DNA of 64,000 bases from positions 15,616 through 79,615 of the IMG/VR virus record IMGVR_UViG_3300030117_006141; one strand, given 5' to 3'. A program made the position numbers and the translations under genes. Below the pieces are notes generated by a model, which searched no databases, was not told the DNA's origin, and saw nothing but the letters and a program-made list of their open reading frames with translations. Shown one piece after another: positions 21,346 through 31,810 of the stretch. The DNA comes from a virus. Position 1 is the first letter of the stretch; each line of letters begins with the position of its first letter.

Positions 21346-22502
21346 TATTCTCTTCCTGCTACTTCATCTCTATTTAATGCAACCGGGAGATTGTTTTCGC
21401 CCGGAGGTGCTTGGCCTGGATCATCACTAAATTCTATAGTATTAAGATCCGAGGTAATCTTAGGTTTAGAACCATATATACCTGGTGATTTTGTTTCATC
21501 TTCTATTAAATGATTAAATTCATAATCTGTTTGTTCTAATATAGCTACGGACTCGGCTGCAGTTACCAAATTATCAAAAGCTATAAAATCCCTATTTTGT
21601 CCAGCTGTGGTTGTATCTACTATAGCTGTAAAATTGGTAATATCACTTTGGTTGTTCAAATTTTCTCCTAATGATGTAGTATCTATACCATCAGCTATGA
21701 TAAGATCATACCAATGTCTCATACTTTGGCCTTCTAGTTCTGTTACATCCTCACCTGCATTATATGCTAAGAACCTATTTGCGGGATCTACTGGTAATAA
21801 CACAGCGTTGTTTCCTGTAAATGTTCTTCCTGCCATTATGGTTCCTGCAGTTATGAGTTCGCCTGTTGATGTTGTTGGCAAGTCTCCCGGGCCATGAACA
21901 TGATAGTAACCCTGATATTCTTGATTATTAGAAGCTAATATTAATTCTCCACCTGTTGTATGCAAATTGTTCATTGTTTGATCTGGTATCTGTCCTAAAA
22001 AATATCCAGGAACTACCCAACATGAACCATCATCTTCATCAGCCATTGGGTTATAATTCCATGCATTCGGATTTGTACATCCTTTAATAACAGGTGCATC
22101 TAAGGCGCCCAGTGCTTCCAATAAACCATATTTTTCAAACCATTTTCTTTTTGTGTATAATGGAGGACCATCATATTCTATATCTTTATGTTCTGTAGGA
22201 ATTATAGTTTCATATTGAGTGCCAAAATTTCTAATATGATACCACCCAGAATATGAATTTAATTCTGTTAAGCTATCCACACCCGGATTTTGATCTAAAT
22301 TCCAAACATCTACTTCTTCAGACCATAGCTCATTACCATCAGTATGTAGATAACTTCTATAAGGACCAAAGTCATCCGGGCCGAATTGTAACAAATCGAC
22401 AGCTTCTTCTTCTATCAACTCAGCAACTTCACCATCAGTTAAAACTTGCCCGCTTTCTAGTTCGTCTAGTTGTTCTTGTAATCTTTCTAAATCGTCTGGC
22501 AT
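21345..22502 (-). CDS. Acidic hypothetical virion protein with GCTxxxAxNYN...DDGSC motif
   Basis: GCTNPNAWNYNPMADEDDGSC. Two YxG(W/Y)YH motifs. Confidence 0.5.
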   Translation of the reverse strand: MPDDLERLQEQLDELESGQVLTDGEVAELIEEEAVDLLQFGPDDFGPYRSYLHTDGNELWSEEVDVWNLDQNPGVDSLTELNSYSGWYHIRNFGTQYETIIPTEHKDIEYDGPPLYTKRKWFEKYGLLEALGALDAPVIKGCTNPNAWNYNPMADEDDGSCWVVPGYFLGQIPDQTMNNLHTTGGELILASNNQEYQGYYHVHGPGDLPTTSTGELITAGTIMAGRTFTGNNAVLLPVDPANRFLAYNAGEDVTELEGQSMRHWYDLIIADGIDTTSLGENLNNQSDITNFTAIVDTTTAGQNRDFIAFDNLVTAAESVAILEQTDYEFNHLIEDETKSPGIYGSKPKITSDLNTIEFSDDPGQAPPGENNLPVALNRDEVAGRE

Positions 22503-22508
22503 GGTTTA

Positions 22509-23684
22509 TTATCTCACAACTTTAAATAAATAATCTTTATCATAAAACTCTACTCTACTACCTGATACTACTTTATACACAAATCTATAATATCTTTCAG
22601 GCTGTAAACCATCCATATATAAATCAAAATAATTACCATTCGAATCACATGATAGTGCTGTATATTTTGTATCAAAAGGAACCACAACTTCTTCTGTGTG
22701 GGCATCTTTAATTGAATAATAACTGCTGCTAGGTAAGTATTTAACCGTTAGTGCTGCTGATTTTGTTGCGAATGTTTTAGCAGGATATTTTTCTCTACCA
22801 TAAACTCTAAATCTTGTTCTAGAATTTTCTTTATATTGACCGCTATTATTATTCATATACACTATATTATCTTTATCTAAGATATCCAAAGGATCCAATG
22901 ATCCTGTAGAAAAGTTTCTGTCTGTCCAACAAATTTCTAATCTAGGAGAATATATTGTGTGAGTGTCTCTAGAAAAGAATTTTAGAGAACCCCTATCCTT
23001 AGAATCTCTTTCTTCCGAACCACTTCTTTTTAGTATCAGCCCATGGTTTGGAATACTTCCAGACATCCATTTTTTGCACATATTAGTAATGTCCATTCTA
23101 ACATCATTAGATTGATATGTAAAAGTTTGTGAAGCATAATAATTAGAATCAGTATACCAAGTTCCTCCACCAGCTACAGTTACTCCTTCTCCTGAATTTC
23201 CTGCACCAGATTTATCACCTACAGTTTCATTGTAAGAAGCTGTGGTCCAACTACCGGTTGATGATGCTGCCCAGGAAGACGTAGTCCAACTATTGCCTGC
23301 ATTGGCGCCATCTCTATATGTCCAACTAGCTCCCTCTTTTGTTGTGGGATAATGATTTTTTCTACCAATACCCATTTCCCAAGATTCAGATACTGCTCGT
23401 GTCTCTAATCCATAACTATATGGTAAGTCAGATGCTTCAGATATAAATAAATTTAAATAAAATTTTAGATTACTTTTACCAATAACTCCATCTACTATAG
23501 ATTGTGATATAGCTGCCATATCAAATTGCATTAATGTTCTTGAGTTATAAATCTTATCACCGTATGGTTCAGCCGATTGTGATATTAATTTAGTTATTTC
23601 TAATATCTCATCTATACCAGTATTCATCGAAGCTGAATTTTCGTATATTGTTGTGTCTTTTGTTGGAAATACGCTATATATCAT
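22509..23684 (-). CDS. Virion structural protein, DNRLRE-like domain
   Basis: PTKDTTIYE...RTLMQFD...WMSGSIPNHGLILK...FFSRD...PRLEI pattern. Confidence 0.55.
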   Translation of the reverse strand: MIYSVFPTKDTTIYENSASMNTGIDEILEITKLISQSAEPYGDKIYNSRTLMQFDMAAISQSIVDGVIGKSNLKFYLNLFISEASDLPYSYGLETRAVSESWEMGIGRKNHYPTTKEGASWTYRDGANAGNSWTTSSWAASSTGSWTTASYNETVGDKSGAGNSGEGVTVAGGGTWYTDSNYYASQTFTYQSNDVRMDITNMCKKWMSGSIPNHGLILKRSGSEERDSKDRGSLKFFSRDTHTIYSPRLEICWTDRNFSTGSLDPLDILDKDNIVYMNNNSGQYKENSRTRFRVYGREKYPAKTFATKSAALTVKYLPSSSYYSIKDAHTEEVVVPFDTKYTALSCDSNGNYFDLYMDGLQPERYYRFVYKVVSGSRVEFYDKDYLFKVVR

Positions 23685-23694
23685 TTTTTAGCTC

Positions 23695-25587
23695 CTAATA
23701 CGTTGATATCTTACCCGAAATATCTTTTGTCGGGAATCTTAATTCAAATATTGCTGGATCGATTGATGGGTATATTATACCATTTTTAGTAGCAGTTACT
23801 ATATCATATTTATTACCCGAGTACCCGGCTGATGCTCTCCATTTATTTTTTATCTCTAGATTTTGAACTGATTGTACTCCTTCAACATTTGCTATTTTTG
23901 TAATTATTTTGTTAATTGTAATATGTTCTCCAAACTGCCATCTATCTATATCAAAATGGCCTCTAATTACAGATATGCATTTTAACAATACCTCATTATT
24001 ATTATAATTCGGTAAAGGAATGATATCAAAAACTACAGCTATGTTTATTACAAACCCATTTTTTATATTAATAGAATCCGTCAACATTCTGTATGGTGTT
24101 AGATATGTTTTTAAGTTTTCTTTGGTAGCTTGATTGACATTAGTTAATATTTTATTTTTATCATATCCTAAAACATATATATTTGTGGCATTACTGTTTG
24201 ATACGGATTGATATTCTTCCGAATCAGCTACTTTTTGTAATATAGTATCAGGTGCTACGTATGCTTTAGATATTGAACCATATCTTGGAGGCATAGAATA
24301 AACCCTACCCAAATAATCCTCTTTAGTCACTATTCTATTCTGTGCTTGGAAATATGCCAAAGCATTTCTTTTTATTTCAGATGGTGTTTCCGGGCCTGAT
24401 CCTCCCTGTGCTGCTTCCTGATTTTCCACAGCCAATGAATTTTTTACATCATTAAGTAATCCTTCGGATAAGTCAACACTTGCATTAGACCAATTAGCAG
24501 TTACAACCGAATTGATTGTATTAGCCGAAACATTAGATACTGATCCCCCACCTATTTTATATTTAATGGTTAATGTTGTATTTGATGGTGCCTGACCATA
24601 TGTTTTAGTATGTAAAAAATTAGATGGGTCAAAGGCTCTATCTAATTTACTTACCCCATCCGGATTGTTACCACCAACATTTTCGGGATTAGGTATGATT
24701 AATTCATCTGCAACGGTATTAATTCCCGAACCAAAAACCAATACGGTTTTATTGTTGGGGGTCGTTCTTGTGATAAATCTTTTAGAAGTCTTTTTTAATT
24801 TTAATAAATAAGGTGCGGACCCTGCTCCATCACTTAACACACTATCAATTTCAGATGTATTGTTTCTATCTATAAATACGGTTTCCTGGGCTAGGTATGG
24901 AACCTCATGCCATGTGTTACCTGATGAGTCTTTTACAGATTCTATTTCAACAACATTTGTTTCCGGCAATTCAACTTTTCTGTATCGTTGGGTATCATTT
25001 CCTATTACAATATCAGTAGATTTTCTAGTCCCGTTTATTGCATTAACATCTTTTTTTACTAAAAAATATGATGGTAATTGGGTTGTTGAGTTTATCTTAT
25101 AAACAGTTGTTGTTGTTGGATCTAGTGATGAAGAATGTCTAAAATCAACATCTCTGGTTGTTGTAAATGTTTGATTGGCATCTGAGGATTGAAATACACT
25201 ATCCTGAATTAAAGTTGGTGCATATTTCCAATCAGGACTTCCTGCAGTGTTTGCTGGTATAATAATAAAGGTGGTCACTTTAGCTTGTGATACTTTTGTT
25301 GGCGATACTTTATACCCTAACGTAGTTGCCATATTAACAATATTAGATCTTTCCTTTGCAAATGGAAGTAAATTTTCCTTTAATTGACTATCCATGTAAT
25401 ATGACAAAACGTCACCCACATATGATGCTATTTCTATAAACATCGTTCCAGGTGAAGCTGTCGAAAAATCATTATAAATTGTCGGGAAATATGTTTTAGC
25501 AAATTCCGTAAGATTATTCTTAAAACTATTAAAATCCTTACCTAAATAGTTTATATCTTTATTTTCTATGTCATTATTATAAGCCAT
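23695..25587 (-). CDS. Baseplate wedge subunit (T4 gp6/baseplate J-like)
   Basis: YLGKDFNSFKNNL...GDVLSYY...LGYK. AQGGSGPET...QNRIVTKEDY. Confidence 0.88.
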   Translation of the reverse strand: MAYNNDIENKDINYLGKDFNSFKNNLTEFAKTYFPTIYNDFSTASPGTMFIEIASYVGDVLSYYMDSQLKENLLPFAKERSNIVNMATTLGYKVSPTKVSQAKVTTFIIIPANTAGSPDWKYAPTLIQDSVFQSSDANQTFTTTRDVDFRHSSSLDPTTTTVYKINSTTQLPSYFLVKKDVNAINGTRKSTDIVIGNDTQRYRKVELPETNVVEIESVKDSSGNTWHEVPYLAQETVFIDRNNTSEIDSVLSDGAGSAPYLLKLKKTSKRFITRTTPNNKTVLVFGSGINTVADELIIPNPENVGGNNPDGVSKLDRAFDPSNFLHTKTYGQAPSNTTLTIKYKIGGGSVSNVSANTINSVVTANWSNASVDLSEGLLNDVKNSLAVENQEAAQGGSGPETPSEIKRNALAYFQAQNRIVTKEDYLGRVYSMPPRYGSISKAYVAPDTILQKVADSEEYQSVSNSNATNIYVLGYDKNKILTNVNQATKENLKTYLTPYRMLTDSINIKNGFVINIAVVFDIIPLPNYNNNEVLLKCISVIRGHFDIDRWQFGEHITINKIITKIANVEGVQSVQNLEIKNKWRASAGYSGNKYDIVTATKNGIIYPSIDPAIFELRFPTKDISGKISTY

Positions 25588-25600
25588 AATATTATATTCC

Positions 25601-26254
25601 CTATACTACAAATTCATCATCATCATAACCATTATCTATTTTAACAGGGTCTTCACCATCCTGCCAATTTGCTGGTTTACCGTAGTTCCAAAGGTTATCA
25701 CTTGTAGTAGAATATGATGCAAAAATTGGACCATCATTTCTATTCATTAATGTTGTTAATATTTCTTGTATATCTCCCAATACTCGATATTTAATCTGTA
25801 TAGTTATTCCATGCCCTTCTTTACCATCTTCATTATATCTATTTACATTCAAAGATATAATTTGGACTCCGATTTGAGTTTCAGTTTCATATTTTTGAAA
25901 TGCACCTCTTATTTCTTCTTCTATTAAAGGAACTATTTCCGAGGTGTTTTGTCTAAATAAAAACTTGTGTAAATTGGTTCCAAATTCTTTATTACTATAT
26001 CTTTCACCCTTCTGTGTTAATATTAAGTTAATCAAATCAGATTGTACCGCCTGTGCAGTGCTATATGCTAATTTCATTCCATATGGACTATGTTCATCAG
26101 GGTTAAATGGAAGTGTAATACCAACACCATAATTAGATACTGCATCTTGTATTACTTGTAAGCCACCACCATTTTCTGCTATTCTTGATTGGTAGGTTGC
26201 CGAACTACCATATAGCCGATCATTATTCATTTGCCAATTTGGAACATTAGACAT
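25601..26254 (-). CDS. Baseplate wedge subunit gp25-like
   Basis: AVQSDLINLILTQKGER...FGTNLHKFLF gp25 motif. Confidence 0.85.
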   Translation of the reverse strand: MSNVPNWQMNNDRLYGSSATYQSRIAENGGGLQVIQDAVSNYGVGITLPFNPDEHSPYGMKLAYSTAQAVQSDLINLILTQKGERYSNKEFGTNLHKFLFRQNTSEIVPLIEEEIRGAFQKYETETQIGVQIISLNVNRYNEDGKEGHGITIQIKYRVLGDIQEILTTLMNRNDGPIFASYSTTSDNLWNYGKPANWQDGEDPVKIDNGYDDDEFVV

Positions 26255-26256
26255 AA

Positions 26257-26736
26257 TTATTTACCTCTCTTTTTATTTACTGCTTTCATCAAACCACTAT
26301 AATCCCTAGTTAATGCTTTAGAAACAGCGTCTGGAATTGGTGCACCTTGTCTGTCTGCTGGTACCATTTCTTGTATAGTAGTAGGTCCTGCATTTTGATT
26401 TAATGATGGTAACCCCATTGCAGCTGCTAGTGCTGATTTGCCACCTACTGCATCTGCTGCTGATAATTGTCTTCCAGCAGTCGGATAAGCTTGCATATCA
26501 TTTGCTGTTTCATTTAATAATTCATTTAATGTGGAATTTTTAGTATATTCGACATTTGATTTTGGAGTGGCTTCTGCCTGTCTATGCATTTGCACACCAT
26601 TTTGGATCTGTTCATTAAATGTATCTACACTGTTATCTCTAGGATTTAGAATTTCATTTAGTTCTGTTCTTATAGAACGTCTAACTTCCTTTGATACAGT
26701 TTCCCTAATTAATTTAACAAATTCATTCTTTTTCAT
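26257..26736 (-). CDS. Hypothetical protein (possible head-associated protein)
   Basis: 159-aa ORF. KLIRE and LNELLNE motifs. TATTTATA upstream. Confidence 0.5.
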   Translation of the reverse strand: MKKNEFVKLIRETVSKEVRRSIRTELNEILNPRDNSVDTFNEQIQNGVQMHRQAEATPKSNVEYTKNSTLNELLNETANDMQAYPTAGRQLSAADAVGGKSALAAAMGLPSLNQNAGPTTIQEMVPADRQGAPIPDAVSKALTRDYSGLMKAVNKKRGK

Positions 26737-26776
26737 GTTAACTCTCCATTCTAATATAAATATTTGTAACCTTAAA

Positions 26777-28930
26777 TTATCCGTAAGAAATCCATGGTGT
26801 TAATACAGGTCCACCAGGTGTTGGCATCATCCATGTTCCCGTTACGGTTTTTGCGTGCACGTCGAAAACATTAGCTAATGTTCTCATTTTATCAGCATTA
26901 TCCATCTCACTATCTTTATTAAACACTTTAGCTACCGCTTCTACAGCCGGTTCACCATCTAAGGTTTTTAATGATTGTAGTGGTAATCCAGGAAAGGTAA
27001 TCATACCTCCCGGTAATGCTACTTGGCCTGCAGTCCAATAAGTAATTAATCCTACTGATAGTGCCGATGCGATTAATTTTCCCGATGGAGTTACTTCTGC
27101 TGGTACAGGTGGTTTAGCTATTTTAGTAACAAACGATTTATACCTTTCTAACCTTTCCTCTATCGGTTTCATTTTTTCCTCGATACGTGCCTTTGCTTTT
27201 TCTAATTTTTTTTCATACTTTTCTAATTTTTTTTGATTCTTTTCCTTTATTTTATCAACTCTTTTCATTATAGCTTTTTTTAACTGTTCCTCATTAGTAA
27301 ATGTATCCTTTTCTTCCTTCAGCTTATCAAATCCAGGAATTGTTGGACTTTCAAATGGTTTAGCTCCCTCATCGATTGCGGTCATATAATTTTTAACACC
27401 ACCCTGTTTTACCAAATCAATTATAGCCATTATTGCTTTACCTCTTGCTATTAATTTTTTTATTTGTTCAATTCGTTTTACAACCTCTTCTTCCACCTGT
27501 TCTTTTAATTTTTTTATTTTGGCTAATAACTCTTTTATCTTTTTTTGTTTCTCCTTGATTATTTTAGCCTTAGCTGTTGGATCCTTGTCCCCCGGTGGTA
27601 TCATTTTTTTTAATAATTTTTTTCCTGCAGCAATAGCTTTCTTTTTTATTTCTTTAATTTTGTCTTCGATTTTTTTCTTTAATTCATCTATCTTAGCTTG
27701 AATCTTTTCTAGTTTAGCTTCTATTTTCTTTTTAGTTTTATCTATCTTGGCTTCCAATTTAGCTGTTTTTCTTTTTAGATCGGGATTATTTTTAACAGCA
27801 TCTACACCTTTCTCCTTTAATTCTTCAACTAATGAAGTTACATCTGGTGGGTCGGGTAACTCGGGTAATTCAAATTCCTTAGATCTTATATCCAAATTCA
27901 TCTTCCCAAAACCTAATATGTTACCTCCTGGTAAATTTGGTGGTGGTGGTGGAGAAGGTGGTTTTAATAAATCCTTAAGCGCTGGTATGTTTTTTGAAAA
28001 TTCTTTTAATTTATTAATAAATAATTTTAATCCCTTTACCCATGCTACAATTTTAATCCCGTTCGCAACCATTATTTTTATTTTTTTTACCATTTCCTTA
28101 GCTGCGGCTATTTTTTGTTTGGCTAGAGCTATATTAGCCTCAACAGTTTGGACATAACTCATTGAAGCCGCTTTAGCAGTGTCGGCAGCTAGCTTAGCTT
28201 TTTTCATTTGAGCTTCAGCTATTTTTTTAGTTATCTTTTGAGTTACTCTATTTATTAAATCCTTAATTTTCTTTTCTATTTCATCAAGTTTTTTTTGAAT
28301 TTTTAATTTTAATGGTTCTAATTTTTTTAATTGTTTCTGTTTTTCTTTTTCTATTTTTTTATTTATTTCTTTTTTAATTTCGGGTTCTGTTAAATCATCT
28401 GCCTTTTCTTTAAGTTTATCGAACCCGGGAATTAAAGGACTTTCGAATTCCTTAGCTCCAGCATCTATTGCTCCCCTATAATCCAAGGCTTTCGATTTAT
28501 CATATACATCTTTTATACCCTTTAATTTATCAGCAATCTGTTTACTCTTTTTAATTAAGGGTTCTAATTTTTCCCTTTTCTCATTTAACTTATCAATTTT
28601 ATCTTTATTTTTTTTCATAGCTTTAGCTAAGGCCTTTTCCGCTAAAACTAATGGTGGGGTAGTAACTAAATTTAATACCTCGGATGCCTTTAATCCTACA
28701 AAAAATGATGTTTGGAATAATGGTGTTTTACCCGTTGTCATGGGTGCTGGGGGTGTTGGTCCAGTGGGTGGAAAATTGCAAGCTCCTGTTTTAATAACAG
28801 AATCATAATGTTGGGATATTAATTGACATAGATGTAATGTGCCCTTAACTTGTCCCATATCCATTTGCTGTGCAATTGGTTGTACAAAAAGGGCTTCCCA
28901 AGCTAATCGTGATTTTATTACTACAGGCAT
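26777..28930 (-). CDS. Lys/Glu-rich coiled-coil protein with internal duplication, baseplate-hub region
   Basis: 717 aa. Duplicated AID(A/E)GAK(E/P)FESPxIPGFDKLKE. Pro-rich hinge. Confidence 0.55.
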   Translation of the reverse strand: MPVVIKSRLAWEALFVQPIAQQMDMGQVKGTLHLCQLISQHYDSVIKTGACNFPPTGPTPPAPMTTGKTPLFQTSFFVGLKASEVLNLVTTPPLVLAEKALAKAMKKNKDKIDKLNEKREKLEPLIKKSKQIADKLKGIKDVYDKSKALDYRGAIDAGAKEFESPLIPGFDKLKEKADDLTEPEIKKEINKKIEKEKQKQLKKLEPLKLKIQKKLDEIEKKIKDLINRVTQKITKKIAEAQMKKAKLAADTAKAASMSYVQTVEANIALAKQKIAAAKEMVKKIKIMVANGIKIVAWVKGLKLFINKLKEFSKNIPALKDLLKPPSPPPPPNLPGGNILGFGKMNLDIRSKEFELPELPDPPDVTSLVEELKEKGVDAVKNNPDLKRKTAKLEAKIDKTKKKIEAKLEKIQAKIDELKKKIEDKIKEIKKKAIAAGKKLLKKMIPPGDKDPTAKAKIIKEKQKKIKELLAKIKKLKEQVEEEVVKRIEQIKKLIARGKAIMAIIDLVKQGGVKNYMTAIDEGAKPFESPTIPGFDKLKEEKDTFTNEEQLKKAIMKRVDKIKEKNQKKLEKYEKKLEKAKARIEEKMKPIEERLERYKSFVTKIAKPPVPAEVTPSGKLIASALSVGLITYWTAGQVALPGGMITFPGLPLQSLKTLDGEPAVEAVAKVFNKDSEMDNADKMRTLANVFDVHAKTVTGTWMMPTPGGPVLTPWISYG

Positions 28931-28942
28931 TTTATTACTCCA

Positions 28943-30283
28943 TTAAGCCTGATCTTCACCGCTAGATAAAGCATCTGCCAATTTATCTTTTATGCTTTGT
29001 ATAGAAGGACTCGGATTAGCAGTCCCTGGGCCTGTTGCTGTAATAACACTTAGGCCCATAATTTCATCACACAAGTCTTCTAGTAGTTCTACTAATTTTT
29101 CACCATTTATTGCTTTACCACCACCTACTCCATATTTTACTTCCCCTGCGAGTTCTATAACAGGAGCACTAATTGTTATGGTATCATTGGATTCAATTAC
29201 AATATCATTATCAGCAGCTAGCCCAATTCCATTTTTACCAAATAATAATATCTCATCATCCTTTGCAGCAAAAATTATTCTATCGGATGTTATTATAACC
29301 TGTGGGGTTGCTTTTCCAAAATCAGTGTATACGTTTCCTAATCCGTTAGCCTTAATTTGTGATGTTGTCATTACACCAGAGCCGTCTTCTGTTGCGTCAT
29401 TTAATAATTCAGATAATGAATTTATGGTCTGTCCATCTGTTAACCATATACTGCTTTTATCATCCTTTAAATTTTCAAACATAGGAAGCAGTGCTTCGGG
29501 ACTTGTGTGAATCACATCTCTAGATTCATCACTTTGACCATTTCTTATTATTAATATAGGATCCTCACCAACATTATTTTCATTATCAGACCACGGATTG
29601 TCCAAATATCCCTTTGTTTCATCCAATTCCTGATAGCCCGATGGGTTTGGTTGTGATGTACTAAATCTAATGCTATTGCCATATCTACCATTTATTATTG
29701 TGTCGCCCTCTAAAGGCTGTAATGGGTATATACTAGATGCTCGGACAAAGGAATATCCATATTTGTTTAATACGAAATCCGCCTGTTCCGATGTGGGATC
29801 CGAATTACTTTCCCTTACATAATTGTCCGCAGGATTTCCCGAACTAAGATTTATATCAGTTTCTAGTACCTGACTTATTGCATTTTCATTTACAGCATTT
29901 TTATAATTAAATGGTCCTATATAATAAAATGCACACATCTTAACATCTCCATCGTGATAATAATCAGATGGGGCTGATGGTCCTTTAGAGACCAAAACCA
30001 TTTCCCCCTTTACCGGATATGTGGTCATATTATTTAATGGCATCGCCCATTCCAAATTACTTTCTGGGGTACCTCTATCAGTTTCGAGTCTTCTAAACTT
30101 TACCCAACCTAGTCCTATTTCGGGATTGTTGCCGAGAATATCTTCCCCGTAGTTCATTTTGATATCTACGATCAAAGCTGTTTCCCAACTTGCAGGTATA
30201 TTAGTCTTTAGATTAGCTGCATTAGCAGATTCATTTATTCGATTCTGTGCCTGACTCGCGTTCTGTCTGTTCCACTTTGCCAT
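28943..30283 (-). CDS. Baseplate hub/central spike (gp5-like)
   Basis: OB-fold-like WAMPL...YPVKGEMV, EGDTIINGRYGNSIRFS, C-terminal beta-helix IIFAAKDDEILLF. Confidence 0.65.
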   Translation of the reverse strand: MAKWNRQNASQAQNRINESANAANLKTNIPASWETALIVDIKMNYGEDILGNNPEIGLGWVKFRRLETDRGTPESNLEWAMPLNNMTTYPVKGEMVLVSKGPSAPSDYYHDGDVKMCAFYYIGPFNYKNAVNENAISQVLETDINLSSGNPADNYVRESNSDPTSEQADFVLNKYGYSFVRASSIYPLQPLEGDTIINGRYGNSIRFSTSQPNPSGYQELDETKGYLDNPWSDNENNVGEDPILIIRNGQSDESRDVIHTSPEALLPMFENLKDDKSSIWLTDGQTINSLSELLNDATEDGSGVMTTSQIKANGLGNVYTDFGKATPQVIITSDRIIFAAKDDEILLFGKNGIGLAADNDIVIESNDTITISAPVIELAGEVKYGVGGGKAINGEKLVELLEDLCDEIMGLSVITATGPGTANPSPSIQSIKDKLADALSSGEDQA

Positions 30284-30644
30284 CTATTTTTTCCTCTTTT
30301 TTGGATTCGGGTTCTTTTTCCACTTCAGTAATCGTTTCCATTAATTGTTTTTTCTCATCTTCCGTAAGCAGTAATGCGTCTAATTCTCCGGAATCATTTC
30401 TGGCCATTGCTCGCTGAACTATAGCTGCCATTCTAACTAATGCATCGTCATTCTTTACTGCAACATCCAAATACTCTTTTATAAGTGGGACTATGATAGT
30501 TGCATCACCGATATTTGATATCAGTGGTTTAAGTTCAGATATTAATGTATTTATCTGAATCTCTTTTTTCTTGGAATTTTTGTATATGTCTTCCAATAAA
30601 TTTGAAAATGATTTGCCCTCAAATAATTCTTTATCAAAACTCAT
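30231..30644 (-). CDS. Conserved-looking hypothetical phage protein
   Basis: 137-aa helical ORF. TATTTATA at 30661-30668 upstream. Confidence 0.55.
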   Translation of the reverse strand: MSFDKELFEGKSFSNLLEDIYKNSKKKEIQINTLISELKPLISNIGDATIIVPLIKEYLDVAVKNDDALVRMAAIVQRAMARNDSGELDALLLTEDEKKQLMETITEVEKEPESKKEEKIDGKVEQTERESGTESNK

Positions 30645-30685
30645 TAGTTTCTCCCTTTAATATAAATATAGTGGAGGTGAAAATA

Positions 30686-31528
30686 TTAGTTGAGGAATGA
30701 AGATTTAGGCATCGTTATCTGACCACGTTTTTCATATTCCAAGTATAGCTCTGCATAACTTTTCTTCAAACAATTTATAACCCTAGTTATATATAATGTC
30801 TTAACGTCAGTCATTTCTCTTATGACTATATATAATGCCTTTTTATTAAAATTTTCTATATTATGTCTCTCCCTGAATAGGGTCAATATTGCATCTACTA
30901 TTTTCAGGTCTCTCTGTTTGGTATATGTATTATACATATGTACCTCCCAATATGATATGAATTGATTCATGAAATTATACTGATCATCCATAATACCTTC
31001 TCTAACTATCTCATTAGTCAGATCGCGCTGTGTATCTATTTTTAATATAGGGGCTTTATTAATTAATTTTTTATAATTTTTATTATTATTAATAATCAAA
31101 TAGTGTTTAGCCACTATACTAAAATATGAAAATGCCTTACCTTTATCAGGTGTAAACTTGTGCATCTTTTCTAATAGGAAAGAAACCACCTCATGTTTAA
31201 GTTGTGTTGCTGTACAATTAAAATGATACAACTTAAATGTATGTATTATATTTTCAGATAGTTTAAGAAATGCTTTGTAAATATACTCGTTAAATACTTT
31301 GTTGCGTAGCCTATCATTTGTATCATTATTATACGCGATAATAGCATCCTGCGTGTCATCAGTAAAATAATATTTTTTCTTAGGCCGTCCTCTTTTTCTC
31401 TTCGACTTCTGATATGCTCTTTTTTCTTCAGGCGATAAAGAGTCATAATATTTTTGTCTTTCCGCTTCTTCCTTAGCCCGCTTTTCAAGTCTAATATAAA
31501 ATTGTTCTATAGCCGATTCTTTATTCAT
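30686..31528 (-). CDS. Phage sigma factor (gp55-like, late transcription)
   Basis: YF...AI..YN...FLKLSENII...EVVSFLLEKMHKFTPDKGKAFSYFSIVAK resembles sigma region 2 (FDP.K...FSYF). Confidence 0.7.
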   Translation of the reverse strand: MNKESAIEQFYIRLEKRAKEEAERQKYYDSLSPEEKRAYQKSKRKRGRPKKKYYFTDDTQDAIIAYNNDTNDRLRNKVFNEYIYKAFLKLSENIIHTFKLYHFNCTATQLKHEVVSFLLEKMHKFTPDKGKAFSYFSIVAKHYLIINNNKNYKKLINKAPILKIDTQRDLTNEIVREGIMDDQYNFMNQFISYWEVHMYNTYTKQRDLKIVDAILTLFRERHNIENFNKKALYIVIREMTDVKTLYITRVINCLKKSYAELYLEYEKRGQITMPKSSFLN

Positions 31529-31531
31529 AGA

Positions 31532-31810
31532 TTACTCATTAACCTTCACTATTAAATTTTCTAATGTTTCTATAATTTTTTTTAACTCACTATATAATGA
31601 TCCAACTTCATCATCCTTCTCAAACATTCCCCTTCTATCTATGGAACGTGCTTTTCTTAAAACGTCATTGGTTCTAGTGCTGATATCATTCATCCATGTA
31701 TTCATAAATTCAATATCATCTTCCTGTGCTTCATTTTTTCTGAGCAAATTCCAATTAGCAAATAAACTAACACATAATAGAATGCTCAATATTATTATAG
31801 CAATTAACAT
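31532..31810 (-). CDS. Small membrane-anchored protein
   Basis: N-terminal hydrophobic helix, then coiled coil. Confidence 0.5.
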   Translation of the reverse strand: MLIAIIILSILLCVSLFANWNLLRKNEAQEDDIEFMNTWMNDISTRTNDVLRKARSIDRRGMFEKDDEVGSLYSELKKIIETLENLIVKVNE

